Shown here piece after piece: positions 8,071 through 16,240 of a stretch of DNA of 39,249 bases. A program made the position numbers and the translations under genes. Positions within the stretch are counted from its first letter, which is position 1. Each line of letters opens with the position of its first letter. The stretch spans positions 1 through 39,249 of IMG/VR virus record IMGVR_UViG_2861079508_000003; one strand, 5' to 3'. The DNA comes from a virus (Duplodnaviria; Heunggongvirae; Uroviricota; Caudoviricetes). The notes beneath the pieces are model-generated. The model did not search any database, was not told the DNA's origin, and worked only from the letters and a program-made list of their open reading frames with translations.

Positions 8071-8099
8071 TTGCATTCCAAAAGTACATATCGTATTAT
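8071..8099 (+). promoter_or_regulatory. Putative PR promoter (-35 TTGCAT, 17-bp spacer, -10 TATTAT)
   Basis: Sigma70-like hexamers about 30 bp upstream of cro (RBS GGAG at 8117); spacer and -10 overlap an operator dyad. Confidence 0.5.
8083..8097. promoter_or_regulatory. Operator-like dyad in OR (reverse complement AATAC-GATAT-GTACT)
   Basis: 13 of 15 identical to the OL site, in inverted orientation, overlapping PR. Confidence 0.5.
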
Positions 8100-8125
8100 T
8101 GTTTCATGGTTACTATGGAGGGCAT

Positions 8126-8341
8126 ATGAGCAACCTACGAAAATATCGAGAGTCACTGAATATCTCTCAAACAACACTTGCTAAGGCAGTTGGATGCACA
8201 CAGGGAGCTATCGGACATTGGGAATCTGGTCGTCGCTTCCCAGACCTTAAAACATGCCGTGCTCTTGTTGCGTGCCTAAACAAGTTAGGCGCAAAAGTCA
8301 GTCTTGATGACGTGTTCCCGCCGGAACACAAAGCCGCTTAA
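8126..8341 (+). CDS. cro: Cro-like HTH regulator (71 aa from ATG at 8126)
   Basis: Short XRE-type HTH protein (..LNISQTTLAKAVGCTQGAIGHWESG..) divergent from the repressor, with RBS; the track's longer form has an implausible N-terminal extension. Confidence 0.8.
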   Translation: MSNLRKYRESLNISQTTLAKAVGCTQGAIGHWESGRRFPDLKTCRALVACLNKLGAKVSLDDVFPPEHKAA

Positions 8342-8352
8342 TAAGCGGATCC

Positions 8353-8386
8353 GCTCTTTATCAATCTGCACCGCCGACAACGCGGT
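8353..8386 (+). promoter_or_regulatory. nutR (boxA CGCTCTTTA plus boxB-like hairpin with GACAA loop)
   Basis: boxA-like sequence just downstream of cro followed by ACCGC-CGACAAC-GCGGT; same loop motif as nutL. Confidence 0.55.
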
Positions 8387-8450
8387 AACTAATTAATCGC
8401 TCATCGAAAGATGAGTATTAGTGATTATTTACCTATGGAAATAGTAAGAA

Positions 8451-8747
8451 ATGGAACAAACAAGTTACAGCAAACTATCACAGCGCGACGTTGATCGCGC
8501 AGAAACAGATTTACTCATCAACCTGTCAACGCTTACCCAGCGCGGTCTGGCAAAGATGATTGGCTGTCATGAATCGAAGATAAGCAGAACGGACTGGAGA
8601 TTTATTGCTTCGGTCTTGTGTGCTTTTGGAATGGCATCAGACATCAGTCCGATTAGCAGGGCTTTTAAGTATGCGCTTGATGGACTCACCAATAAAAAAC
8701 GCCCGGCGGATATTTTCGCTGAGAATCAGTTAACCATGAATTTTTAA
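8451..8747 (+). CDS. cII: CII-like transcriptional activator (98 aa)
   Basis: ..CHESKISRTDWRFI.. and ..GLTNKKRPA.. parallel lambda CII (..DKSQISRWKRDWI.., ..ILTNKKRPA..); position after cro/nutR. Confidence 0.8.
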   Translation: MEQTSYSKLSQRDVDRAETDLLINLSTLTQRGLAKMIGCHESKISRTDWRFIASVLCAFGMASDISPISRAFKYALDGLTNKKRPADIFAENQLTMNF

Positions 8748-8757
8748 GGATGGTCTT

Positions 8758-9186
8758 ATGACTCCGTGTTTGGAATTTGGCGGTTTAAAGGACAGCAAGG
8801 GTTATGGAAGGGTTTGGATTAATGGGAAAAAAGTATTTGCTCATAGATTTGCTTATTGTGTGGCAAAAGGGATCCAGCTTGAAGATATAGATGGCTTAGT
8901 AATTCGTCACGCATGTGACAATCCTTCTTGTATTTTACCTTCTCATTTATGTGCTGGGACAAGTCAGCAAAACGCAAATGACATGGTGGAGAGAAAAAGG
9001 CAGGCATTTGGAAGCAGGAATGGTAGGGCAAAATTAACTGAAGATGATGTAAGAAACATCATTAGTGAATATATACCAAGACACCCCTTATTCAACACAA
9101 GGGCATTATCAAAAAAATATGGAGTAACGCCAAATTATATAGCTGCTATTTGCAGAGGTGAAAAATGGAAGCACATAAAAAAATAA
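8758..9186 (+). CDS. HNH homing-endonuclease-like protein (HNH_3-type core plus C-terminal HTH; 142 aa)
   Basis: ..SKGYGRVWINGKKVFAHRFAY..VIRHACDNPSCILPSHLCAGTSQQNANDM.. fits the HNH_3 pattern; inserted between cII and the replication genes. Confidence 0.7.
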   Translation: MTPCLEFGGLKDSKGYGRVWINGKKVFAHRFAYCVAKGIQLEDIDGLVIRHACDNPSCILPSHLCAGTSQQNANDMVERKRQAFGSRNGRAKLTEDDVRNIISEYIPRHPLFNTRALSKKYGVTPNYIAAICRGEKWKHIKK

Positions 9187-9261
9187 AACGCCCGGTGTGC
9201 AAGACCGAGCGTTCTGATCAAATACAAATGGAATTTTAACAACATCCAACGAGATAATTAT

Positions 9262-9534
9262 ATGCGAAACAAAGGCTTTAATCCACCTGATACACACAAA
9301 GAAGTTAAGCGTTTGCGCTTCCTTCGTTCCATTGATGAAAGAACTCAAATCTCTTTTGTGAAAGTTGCCAGAACTGAGCTTCTGAAGGCTGAGGCAAGGG
9401 CGTTGCTCCCGTCTCTACCAAAAGAGGAGGGATATACGTTCATTCCAAACGCATTTCTGGAAAAGCTTCTCAAAGAAGACATATCCGTAAGTCAGTTTAA
9501 CGATGTTCTTAAGGTCTTTCGTCAAGGCAGGTAG
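9262..9534 (+). CDS. Hypothetical protein (90 aa)
   Basis: ORF directly upstream of the replication initiator; no family recognised. Confidence 0.45.
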   Translation: MRNKGFNPPDTHKEVKRLRFLRSIDERTQISFVKVARTELLKAEARALLPSLPKEEGYTFIPNAFLEKLLKEDISVSQFNDVLKVFRQGR

Positions 9535-9536
9535 TT

Positions 9537-10484
9537 ATGAGCAATACAGCAAAAATCTACGATTTCAGCGCCGCACACGAGCGCAGGAGCAACAGGATGG
9601 AGAACCAGAAAACTGGTTACATTCCGTTGTACCGGAGCATTCTGAAACAGTCATGGGCGAAAGATGTTTATCTTCGCACCCTGTGGGAAAACCTTCTCCT
9701 GAATGCCGCCAGAAAGCCATACAAAGCGAATTTCAAAGGTCATGAATGGCATCTGCAACCCGGTCAACTGGTTGTGACAGCAGCTGATTTAGGTCTTCAG
9801 TTATGCGACAGGCATGGCAAGCCGGCAAGCCGTGATCAGGTTGAGCGGATGCTTCAGGTTTTTGTGAAAGAGGGGATGATCTCCATTGATGGAGAGAAGC
9901 AAAAAGGTCGTGTGATCACCATCACAAATTACCATGAATACGCTCAAAAAATGGACAATTCACCCGCACATGAAGCCGCACAAACAACCGCACATGATGC
10001 CGCACATGATGAAACCAGTAATGGCGCGGCATTCAGCGCACATGCCGCACATGAAAGCGCACATGAAGCCGCACAAACAACCGCACATCATGAACAAGAA
10101 GGTATTAACAAGAATATAAATAATACCCCCCTACCCCCCAATGGGGGAGGCGATGGGCAGGTTAAACCTGAACGTCGCAAGGCAGAACGAATCGACTATG
10201 AATCCTTCCTGAACGCCTACAACACCGAAGTCGGTGACAGACTGCCACACGCTGTTGCGGTCAACGAGAAACGCAAACGCCGCCTGAAGAAAATCATCCC
10301 GCAACTGAAAACGCCAAACGTGGACGGTTTCAGAGCGTATGTCAGGGCGTTTGTACATCAGGCCAAGCCGTTTTACTTCGGAGACAACGACACGGGCTGG
10401 ACAGCTGATTTTGATTACCTGTTGAGGGAAGATTCGTTAACTGGAGTACGGGAAGGGAAGTTTGCAGACAGGGGGATTGCATGA
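9537..10484 (+). CDS. O: Replication initiation protein (lambda O / P22 gene 18 type; 315 aa)
   Basis: N-terminus [10 protein letters not shown].. parallels lambda O (MTNTAKILNF..); contains an internal iteron array and AT-rich block as in lambdoid ori; followed by a coupled helicase gene. Confidence 0.75.
   Translation: MSNTAKIYDFSAAHERRSNRMENQKTGYIPLYRSILKQSWAKDVYLRTLWENLLLNAARKPYKANFKGHEWHLQPGQLVVTAADLGLQLCDRHGKPASRDQVERMLQVFVKEGMISIDGEKQKGRVITITNYHEYAQKMDNSPAHEAAQTTAHDAAHDETSNGAAFSAHAAHESAHEAAQTTAHHEQEGINKNINNTPLPPNGGGDGQVKPERRKAERIDYESFLNAYNTEVGDRLPHAVAVNEKRKRRLKKIIPQLKTPNVDGFRAYVRAFVHQAKPFYFGDNDTGWTADFDYLLREDSLTGVREGKFADRGIA
9964..10092. repeat. Replication-origin iterons: about 9 copies of a 12-bp unit (CCGCACATGAAG and variants), then AT-rich block and GC-rich palindrome (about 10093-10150)
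   Basis: Tandem 12-bp periodicity visible in the DNA, encoding the [10 protein letters not shown].. repeats; iterons, AT-rich stretch and palindrome are the lambdoid ori arrangement. Confidence 0.6.
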
Positions 10485-11857
10485 GACAGGATATCGAAGC
10501 GAGCGTTATCGGTGGCCTGCTGATTGGTGGATTAACACCAACTGCCAGTGACGTTCTGGCAACGCTGGAGCCGGAAGCGTTTTCAATTCCGCTCTACCGG
10601 AAAGCCTTCGAGGTTATCCGCAAGCAGGCGAGAAACAGAAACCTAATCGATGCGCTGATGGTTGCCGAGGCGTGCGGAGAGGAGCATTTCACGTCAATCC
10701 TGATGACCAGCAAAAACTGCCCGAGTGCCGCAAACCTGAAGGGATATGCCGGAATGGTCGCGGATAACTATCACCGTCGTCTGGTGCTGGAAATCATGGA
10801 TGAAATGCGTGAACCAATTCAGAGCGGAACTATCGACGCATCGAGTCAGGCGATGGATGAACTTGTAAAGCGTCTTTCAGCCATCAGAAAGCCCCGTGAC
10901 GAGGTAAAACCTGTACGGTTAGGGGAAATCATTACTGACTACACTGACACGCTTGACAGGCGTCTGAGGAACGGAGAAGAGTCAGATACCCTGAAGACCG
11001 GAATCGAAGAACTTGACGCCATCACCGGAGGGATGAACGCAGAAGACCTGGTGATAATCGCTGCTCGTCCTGGTATGGGGAAAACCGAACTGGCTCTGAA
11101 GATTGCCGAAGGCGTTGCAAGCCGCGTTATTCCTGGTTCTGACGTCCGGCGCGGGGTATTGATTTTCTCGATGGAAATGAGCGCATTGCAGATTGCAGAG
11201 CGAAGCATTGCCAACGCCGGGAGGATGTCGGTTAGCGTACTGCGAAATCCTGCATCGATGGATGACGAGGGCTGGGCACGTGTTGCTAACGGCATGAGTC
11301 AGCTTGCAGATTTGGATGTATGGGTAGTCGATGCTTCGCGGTTATCGGTCGAAGAAATACGCTCAATCGCAGAACGGCATAAGCAGGAAAATCCAAACCT
11401 GTCACTCATCATGGTGGATTATCTTGGCCTGATTGAGAAGCCGAAAGCAGATCGCAACGACCTCGCAATTGCTCACATCTCCGGAAGCCTGAAGGCGATG
11501 GCGAAAGACCTGAAAACACCGGTTATCTCCCTGAGTCAGCTTTCGCGCGATGTTGAGAAGCGACCAAACAAACGCCCGACAAACGCAGATTTGCGTGATT
11601 CAGGAAGCATTGAACAGGACGCAGACTCAATCATCATGCTCTATCGGGAAGCGGTATATGACGAGAACAGTAGCGCCGCGCCATTTGCTGAAATCATCGT
11701 GACGAAAAACCGTTTTGGCTCACTTGGTACGGTTTACCAGCGGTTCTGCAACGGACACTTTGTTGCATGTGACCAGGATGAAGCCAGACAGATTTGCACA
11801 GCATCAAATGCACCTGCTGCGCGTGGCAGACGATATGCACAAGGGGCGGACGTATGA
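10481..11857 (+). CDS. Replicative DNA helicase, DnaB family (P22 gene 12 type; 458 aa)
   Basis: N-terminal DnaB domain and C-terminal RecA-like domain with Walker A ([12 protein letters not shown]) and DnaB motifs (..[10 protein letters not shown].., ..[12 protein letters not shown]..); start overlaps the O stop. Confidence 0.9.
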   Translation: MRQDIEASVIGGLLIGGLTPTASDVLATLEPEAFSIPLYRKAFEVIRKQARNRNLIDALMVAEACGEEHFTSILMTSKNCPSAANLKGYAGMVADNYHRRLVLEIMDEMREPIQSGTIDASSQAMDELVKRLSAIRKPRDEVKPVRLGEIITDYTDTLDRRLRNGEESDTLKTGIEELDAITGGMNAEDLVIIAARPGMGKTELALKIAEGVASRVIPGSDVRRGVLIFSMEMSALQIAERSIANAGRMSVSVLRNPASMDDEGWARVANGMSQLADLDVWVVDASRLSVEEIRSIAERHKQENPNLSLIMVDYLGLIEKPKADRNDLAIAHISGSLKAMAKDLKTPVISLSQLSRDVEKRPNKRPTNADLRDSGSIEQDADSIIMLYREAVYDENSSAAPFAEIIVTKNRFGSLGTVYQRFCNGHFVACDQDEARQICTASNAPAARGRRYAQGADV

Positions 11858-11882
11858 CCATCTACATCACTGAGCTTGTAAC

Positions 11883-11914
11883 AGGCCTGCTGGTAATCGC
11901 AGGCCTTTTTATTT
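11883..11914 (+). terminator. Rho-independent terminator after the helicase gene (tR2-like)
   Basis: Perfect 8-bp stem AGGCCTGC/GCAGGCCT with 8-nt loop followed by TTTTATTT. Confidence 0.55.
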
Positions 11915-11942
11915 GGGGGAGAGTAATTGGAGGCTTTAAGAA

Positions 11943-12170
11943 ATGAGTTCGATGACTGAGCTTGTCCGCGCCGACTTTCAGGAGAACATTGGTCGTGCAA
12001 AGCGGTACTGGTCTGCTTCCAGACTTCCGACTGGCGAGAGACAGAAAAACGCCCCTAAGCCACGTATCTATCCGCGTGACCGCGTTCTTCGCCGGTTGGT
12101 TAAAATCGATAATGATTTTCAGTGTGACAGAATTATCCAGCAATTAGATTTGATGACTGATGATGAATGA
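11943..12170 (+). CDS. Hypothetical protein (75 aa)
   Basis: ORF between helicase and ninB in operon orientation; overlaps the ninB start. Confidence 0.4.
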   Translation: MSSMTELVRADFQENIGRAKRYWSASRLPTGERQKNAPKPRIYPRDRVLRRLVKIDNDFQCDRIIQQLDLMTDDE

Positions 12171-12585
12171 TTTCATTCTGCACGAAACCAATAAATCACA
12201 ATTCTGGTTAGTTCTGAAACAAATCCTCTCTACTGGCAAACGCTGGCGAATCAAAATATCTGAGTACCGTGAGAAGCGTACATTGTCACAAAACAATCTG
12301 CTGTGGATGTGGAATGCAGAAATAGCCGCACAGTTATCTGCTGCTTCTGCTGAAAACTTCACGCCTGAAGAGGTTCATGAGTGGCTGAAAGATATATTTT
12401 GTCCGGCTAAAAGGGTGACGATTTTTAATATTACACGATGCGTTAAATCAACACGTCAGCTTGATATTGGAGATATGCACAAATATCTGACCGATATTGA
12501 CCAGTGGGCGCATCAGAAGGGATTACGACTAACCATTCCTGATAATTGCGAGTACCGGGATCTAAAGGAGAGGCAAGTAGAGTGA
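12160..12585 (+). CDS. ninB: NinB-like recombination protein (141 aa)
   Basis: ..RTLSQNNLLWMWNAEIA.. resembles the NinB/Orf motif (lambda ..RSLDQNRKLWACL..); first gene of the nin region. Confidence 0.7.
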   Translation: MMNDFILHETNKSQFWLVLKQILSTGKRWRIKISEYREKRTLSQNNLLWMWNAEIAAQLSAASAENFTPEEVHEWLKDIFCPAKRVTIFNITRCVKSTRQLDIGDMHKYLTDIDQWAHQKGLRLTIPDNCEYRDLKERQVE

Positions 12586-13109
12586 CTATCAAATCAAATA
12601 CGCCAGCGTCAGATAGGTATCGGCTTATTGAGGATTATCTGTATTTAGACGGAGATACAGTCAGATACAAAAAGGACTCGCTAAAACACCCCAACCACAG
12701 CCACCGGGCAGGAGATGAAATTAAAACATCGATAAATGGATCTGGGTATAGACAGGTGTGTTTTGCAGGCATTCAGATGTTTGTTCACGTAGTTGTTTTT
12801 GCGCTGCACAACAAAAGAATGCCATTGAAAAATATTGACCATATTAACGGAAACAGGCTGGACAATTCCCCAAAAAATCTTAGGGAGGCAGGCCGGATAG
12901 CAAACAGCCGAAATCAGAAAACTAAGTGCAATAGCCGTTCTGGAATAAAAAATGTTTTATGGAACAAGCAAAAAAATAAATGGGCCGTTCAAGTGCGCAC
13001 AGATTTTGGCCGGTTGTATTTTGGGCTCTATGAAGATCTTGAACTTGCTTGTTTGGTTGCCAGTGAGGCTATCAACAAATATCACGGACAATATGCGAAG
13101 GTTGTATGA
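12546..13109 (+). CDS. HNH homing-endonuclease-like protein with AP2-type DNA-binding domain (187 aa; may start at in-frame GTG 12582)
   Basis: ..KNIDHINGNRLDNSPKNLREA.. (HNH_3) followed by ..NKWAVQVRTDFGRLYFGLYEDLELA.. (AP2-like); GTG at 12582 has an AAGGAG RBS and overlaps the ninB stop. Confidence 0.7.
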   Translation: MRVPGSKGEASRVTIKSNTPASDRYRLIEDYLYLDGDTVRYKKDSLKHPNHSHRAGDEIKTSINGSGYRQVCFAGIQMFVHVVVFALHNKRMPLKNIDHINGNRLDNSPKNLREAGRIANSRNQKTKCNSRSGIKNVLWNKQKNKWAVQVRTDFGRLYFGLYEDLELACLVASEAINKYHGQYAKVV

Positions 13110-13636
13110 TTAAGCATAAATCAGAAACACCAAAAGAAGTTAGAGACTGCTGGCAAACGCCGCTTTGGCTTTTTGATGCACTGGATATTGAGTTTGGATT
13201 CTGGCTGGATTCGGCAGCGAGCGACAAAAATGCTCTGTGTGCTCACTGGCTAACTGAGGCCGACGATGCGCTCAATTCTGAGTGGGTAAGCCACGGTGCA
13301 ATCTGGAATAACCCACCGTACAGCAATATCAGGCCGTGGGTGGAAAAAGCCGCTGAGCAGTGCATACAACAGCGACAGACGGTAGTTATGCTTGTGCCAG
13401 AGGATATGTCAGTCGGATGGTTCAGCAAGGCTCTGGAGAGTGTCGACGAAGTTCGCATTATCACTGATGGACGGATTAATTTTATCGAACCATCGACAGG
13501 GCTGGAGAAGAAGGGAAACAGCAAAGGCTCCATGCTGCTGATTTGGCGACCGTTCATCAGTCCTCGACGGATGTTTACTACCGTATCCAAAGCGGCATTG
13601 ATGGCGATCGGGCAGGGCGTCAGGAGGGCGGCATGA
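13106..13636 (+). CDS. dam: Phage DNA N6-adenine methyltransferase (Dam-type; 176 aa)
   Basis: NPPY catalytic motif (..[10 protein letters not shown]..) and overall resemblance to phage N-6-adenine methyltransferases; coupled to neighbours by ATGA overlaps. Confidence 0.75.
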   Translation: MIKHKSETPKEVRDCWQTPLWLFDALDIEFGFWLDSAASDKNALCAHWLTEADDALNSEWVSHGAIWNNPPYSNIRPWVEKAAEQCIQQRQTVVMLVPEDMSVGWFSKALESVDEVRIITDGRINFIEPSTGLEKKGNSKGSMLLIWRPFISPRRMFTTVSKAALMAIGQGVRRAA

Positions 13637-13815
13637 GGCGACAGCGACGAAGTTTCACCGATATCATCTGCGAAAACTGCAAATACCTTCCAACGAAACG
13701 CTCCAGAAATAAACGCAAGCCAATCCCAAAAGAATCTGACGTAAAAACCTTCAACTACACGGCTCACCTGTGGGATATCCGGTGGCTTAGAGAACGTGCG
13801 AGGAAAACAAGGTGA
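13633..13815 (+). CDS. ninE: NinE protein (60 aa from ATG at 13633)
   Basis: [60 protein letters not shown] is near-identical to recalled lambda NinE. Confidence 0.8.
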   Translation: MRRQRRSFTDIICENCKYLPTKRSRNKRKPIPKESDVKTFNYTAHLWDIRWLRERARKTR

Positions 13816-13982
13816 TTGACCCAAATCGAAGTTACGAACAAGAAAGCGTCGAGCGAGCTTTAACGTGCGCTAACTGCGGTCAGAAGCTGCATGTGCTGGA
13901 AGTTCACGTGTGCTCCGATTGCTGCGCAGAACTGATGAGCGATCCGAATAGCTCAATGTACGAGGAAGAAGACGATGAATGA
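13812..13982 (+). CDS. ninF: NinF protein (56 aa, GTG start), not in ORF track
   Basis: Manual translation [56 protein letters not shown] closely matches recalled lambda NinF; GTG overlaps the ninE stop. Confidence 0.7.
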   Translation: MIDPNRSYEQESVERALTCANCGQKLHVLEVHVCSDCCAELMSDPNSSMYEEEDDE

Positions 13983-14697
13983 GTTAATAAATGGCAATGC
14001 CATCAAAATGACAAGCATTGAAATCGCTGAGTTGGTTGGTAAGCGTCATGACAATGTGAAACGTACCATCGAAACGCTGGCTAAAAATGGTGTTATCCGG
14101 CTTCCTCAAATTGAGGATTGTGGAAGAATCAATGGGTTAGGCTTAAATCAAAGTTTTTGTGTGTATGTGTTCGAAGGCGAACAAGGTAAGCGAGATAGTA
14201 TTGTTGTTGTTGCCCAGTTGTCGCCAGAGTTCACCGCTCGTCTTGTTGACCGTTGGCGAGAGCTTGAAGAAACTGCGGTTAATATCCCCAAAACGTTACC
14301 GGAAGCGTTGCGCCTTGCTGCTGATCTTGCTGAGCAGAAAATGCAACTGGAAAACCAGCTCGCAATTGCCGCACCTAAAGTTGAGTTTGCCGATCGAGTT
14401 GGCGAGGCCAGCGGAATTTTGATTGGAAACTATGCAAAGGTTGTTGGAATTGGTCCAAACAAACTGTTTGCGTGGATGCGCGATCACAAAATCCTTATTG
14501 CTTCAGGTTCCCGGCGCAATGTGCCAATGCAGGAATATATGGATCGCGGCTATTTCACAGTGAAAGAAACAGCGGTCAACACAAATCACGGAATACAGAT
14601 ATCGTTCACCACAAAAATCACCGGGCGTGGTCAACAGTGGCTGACCAGAAAGCTGCTCGATAACGGAATGCTGAAAGTAACAGGGGAGGCTGCTTAA
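13975..14697 (+). CDS. Rha-family / KilA-C-type phage regulatory protein (putative antirepressor; 240 aa)
   Basis: N-terminus ([35 protein letters not shown]..) fits the Rha pattern; C-terminal half resembles KilA-C antirepressor domains. Family from memory. Confidence 0.6.
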   Translation: MNELINGNAIKMTSIEIAELVGKRHDNVKRTIETLAKNGVIRLPQIEDCGRINGLGLNQSFCVYVFEGEQGKRDSIVVVAQLSPEFTARLVDRWRELEETAVNIPKTLPEALRLAADLAEQKMQLENQLAIAAPKVEFADRVGEASGILIGNYAKVVGIGPNKLFAWMRDHKILIASGSRRNVPMQEYMDRGYFTVKETAVNTNHGIQISFTTKITGRGQQWLTRKLLDNGMLKVTGEAA

Positions 14698-14987
14698 TGG
14701 CTAACCTACGCAAAGAAGCGCGCGGAAGAGAATGCCAGGTACGTATTTACGGCGTATGCAATGGCAATCCTGAAACCACAGTTCTGGCACATTACCGGAT
14801 GGCTGGAATTTGCGGAACGGGAATGAAGCCTGACGACCTGATCGGCGCATGGGCTTGTAGCGCGTGTCACGATGAAATCGACCGACGCACCCATAACCTC
14901 GACAACAAAGACGCCAGACTTTACCACCTCGAAGGCGTAATCAGGACGCAGGCGATACTGCTGAAGGAGGGGAAGATTAAGCCATGA
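14697..14987 (+). CDS. Zinc-binding nin-region protein (DUF1364-like; 96 aa)
   Basis: Four-cysteine arrangement (CQVRIYGVC..., CSACHDE) and position between the Rha-like gene and rusA. Confidence 0.5.
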   Translation: MANLRKEARGRECQVRIYGVCNGNPETTVLAHYRMAGICGTGMKPDDLIGAWACSACHDEIDRRTHNLDNKDARLYHLEGVIRTQAILLKEGKIKP

Positions 14988-15346
14988 ACGAATATCAGTT
15001 TGTACTTCCATACCCGCCGTCGGTGAATACCTACTGGCGAAGACGGGGAAGCCAATACTACATCAGCGATAAAGGCCAGAAATACCGAAAAGACGTTCAG
15101 CAAATCATCCGCCAACTTAAGTTAGACATTTTCACCAAATCACGACTCCGCATCAAAGTCATCGCAGACGTTCCAGACTCCCGCCGCCGCGACCTCGACA
15201 ACATCCTGAAAGGTTTACTCGACTCCCTTATCCACGCCGGATTTGCGGAAGACGACGAGCAATTCGATGACATTCGCGTAATTCGTGGCGTGAAAGTACC
15301 AGGCGGAAGGCTTGGAATAAAAATCACCGAACTGGAGAACGCATGA
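14984..15346 (+). CDS. rusA: Holliday junction resolvase RusA (120 aa)
   Basis: MNEYQFVLPYPPSVNTYWRRRG...DLDNILKGLLDSL... matches the RusA family in size and motifs. Confidence 0.85.
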   Translation: MNEYQFVLPYPPSVNTYWRRRGSQYYISDKGQKYRKDVQQIIRQLKLDIFTKSRLRIKVIADVPDSRRRDLDNILKGLLDSLIHAGFAEDDEQFDDIRVIRGVKVPGGRLGIKITELENA

Positions 15347-15531
15347 ACGCCACAATTCAAACGATACCAGAGCTTCTTATCCAGACACGAGGCAATCAGA
15401 CCGAAGTGGCAAGGATGCTTTCCTGCGCAAGAGGAACAGTGCTCAAGTACAACCGAGACAGCAAAGGCGAGCGTCACGTAATAGTTAACGGCGTCCTGAT
15501 GGTCAAACAGGGCAAGAGGGGAAGACGATGA
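15343..15531 (+). CDS. ninH: NinH protein (62 aa)
   Basis: ..GNQTEVARMLSCARGTVLKYNRD..VIVNGVLMV.. parallels lambda NinH (..GNQTEVARRLKCSRGTVRKYVDD..AIVNDVLMV..). Confidence 0.7.
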   Translation: MNATIQTIPELLIQTRGNQTEVARMLSCARGTVLKYNRDSKGERHVIVNGVLMVKQGKRGRR

Positions 15532-16046
15532 GCATAAGAGAACTAAACCTCACCAAAGAACAGCACGATTGGCTGAATGGCTGGCTTGAACTGTGGGGAG
15601 CATGGGTTTATTCAGGTCGTCTGGAAAAGCGCATGAGCAGCGTAATAGCTAAGTTCATGGAGAGCGTAGAGCCGGGAAGAGTTATGACAAGGCCAATGTG
15701 TAATGATGATGATGGAATGTTGATTTCTCAGGTCGTCGATTCCGTCATGTACATTGACAAGAAAGCCTTTGGCATCCTCCTCAGCTACTACGCTCATGGT
15801 TCATCTAAGCGAGCAATTGCATCCTACTATCACGCGACTGCAAAGCCACGCAAGATGTGTGGACGTGGTGGCGAGGGATGGAGAAAACCTTCACTGGCAA
15901 CCTGTAGAAACGAAATTGACGACATCCTGAAAGCGTCATTATTTGTTTTATACCAGCCAATGCAAAATGCTTTCAAAATGCGTAAACGTGTTGAGAAAGT
16001 TAAGCATGTTGCCGTTAAAAGCCTTGACATGCAATTAGCCATTTAG
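15528..16046 (+). CDS. Q: Late-gene antitermination protein Q (non-lambda Q family; 172 aa)
   Basis: Last gene before the late promoter and lysis genes; resembles antiterminator Q proteins of the phage-82 type from memory; a promoter and close terminator follow. Confidence 0.65.
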   Translation: MSIRELNLTKEQHDWLNGWLELWGAWVYSGRLEKRMSSVIAKFMESVEPGRVMTRPMCNDDDGMLISQVVDSVMYIDKKAFGILLSYYAHGSSKRAIASYYHATAKPRKMCGRGGEGWRKPSLATCRNEIDDILKASLFVLYQPMQNAFKMRKRVEKVKHVAVKSLDMQLAI

Positions 16047-16053
16047 CCATAAT
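16024..16053 (+). promoter_or_regulatory. Putative late promoter PR' (-35 TTGACA, about 18-bp spacer, -10 CATAAT)
   Basis: Consensus -35 hexamer overlapping the last codons of Q, with a good -10, as for lambdoid PR'. Confidence 0.5.
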
Positions 16054-16096
16054 ATTCACATATGCTGCTGCTTTTGCATTCAGCAACCATCACAAG

Positions 16097-16118
16097 CCCA
16101 CCTCCTGTGGGTTTTTTT
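16097..16118 (+). terminator. Putative tR' terminator downstream of PR'
   Basis: Hairpin CCCAC-CTCCT-GTGGG followed by TTTTTTT about 50 nt downstream of the predicted start. Confidence 0.55.
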
Positions 16119-16240
16119 GCATTCGCGTGCAATCAAAACAAGAGTCTTAGTGATATGGGCCTGAGATATGGTGGTGGAAACATCGCTCCGCTCTTGGCTG
16201 TCATATCTACGCGAACAGGCTCTATCCCTAAGGTAAAGCG

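Noticed and set aside
9934-10119. ORF-track ORF encoding a His/Pro/Met-rich 61-aa peptide ([18 protein letters not shown]...)
   Set aside because: It is an alternative-frame read of the iteron array inside the replication initiator gene; the periodic amino-acid pattern comes from the 12-bp DNA repeat.
10939-11295. Minus-strand ORF inside the helicase gene
   Set aside because: Antisense to a strongly supported DnaB-family gene.
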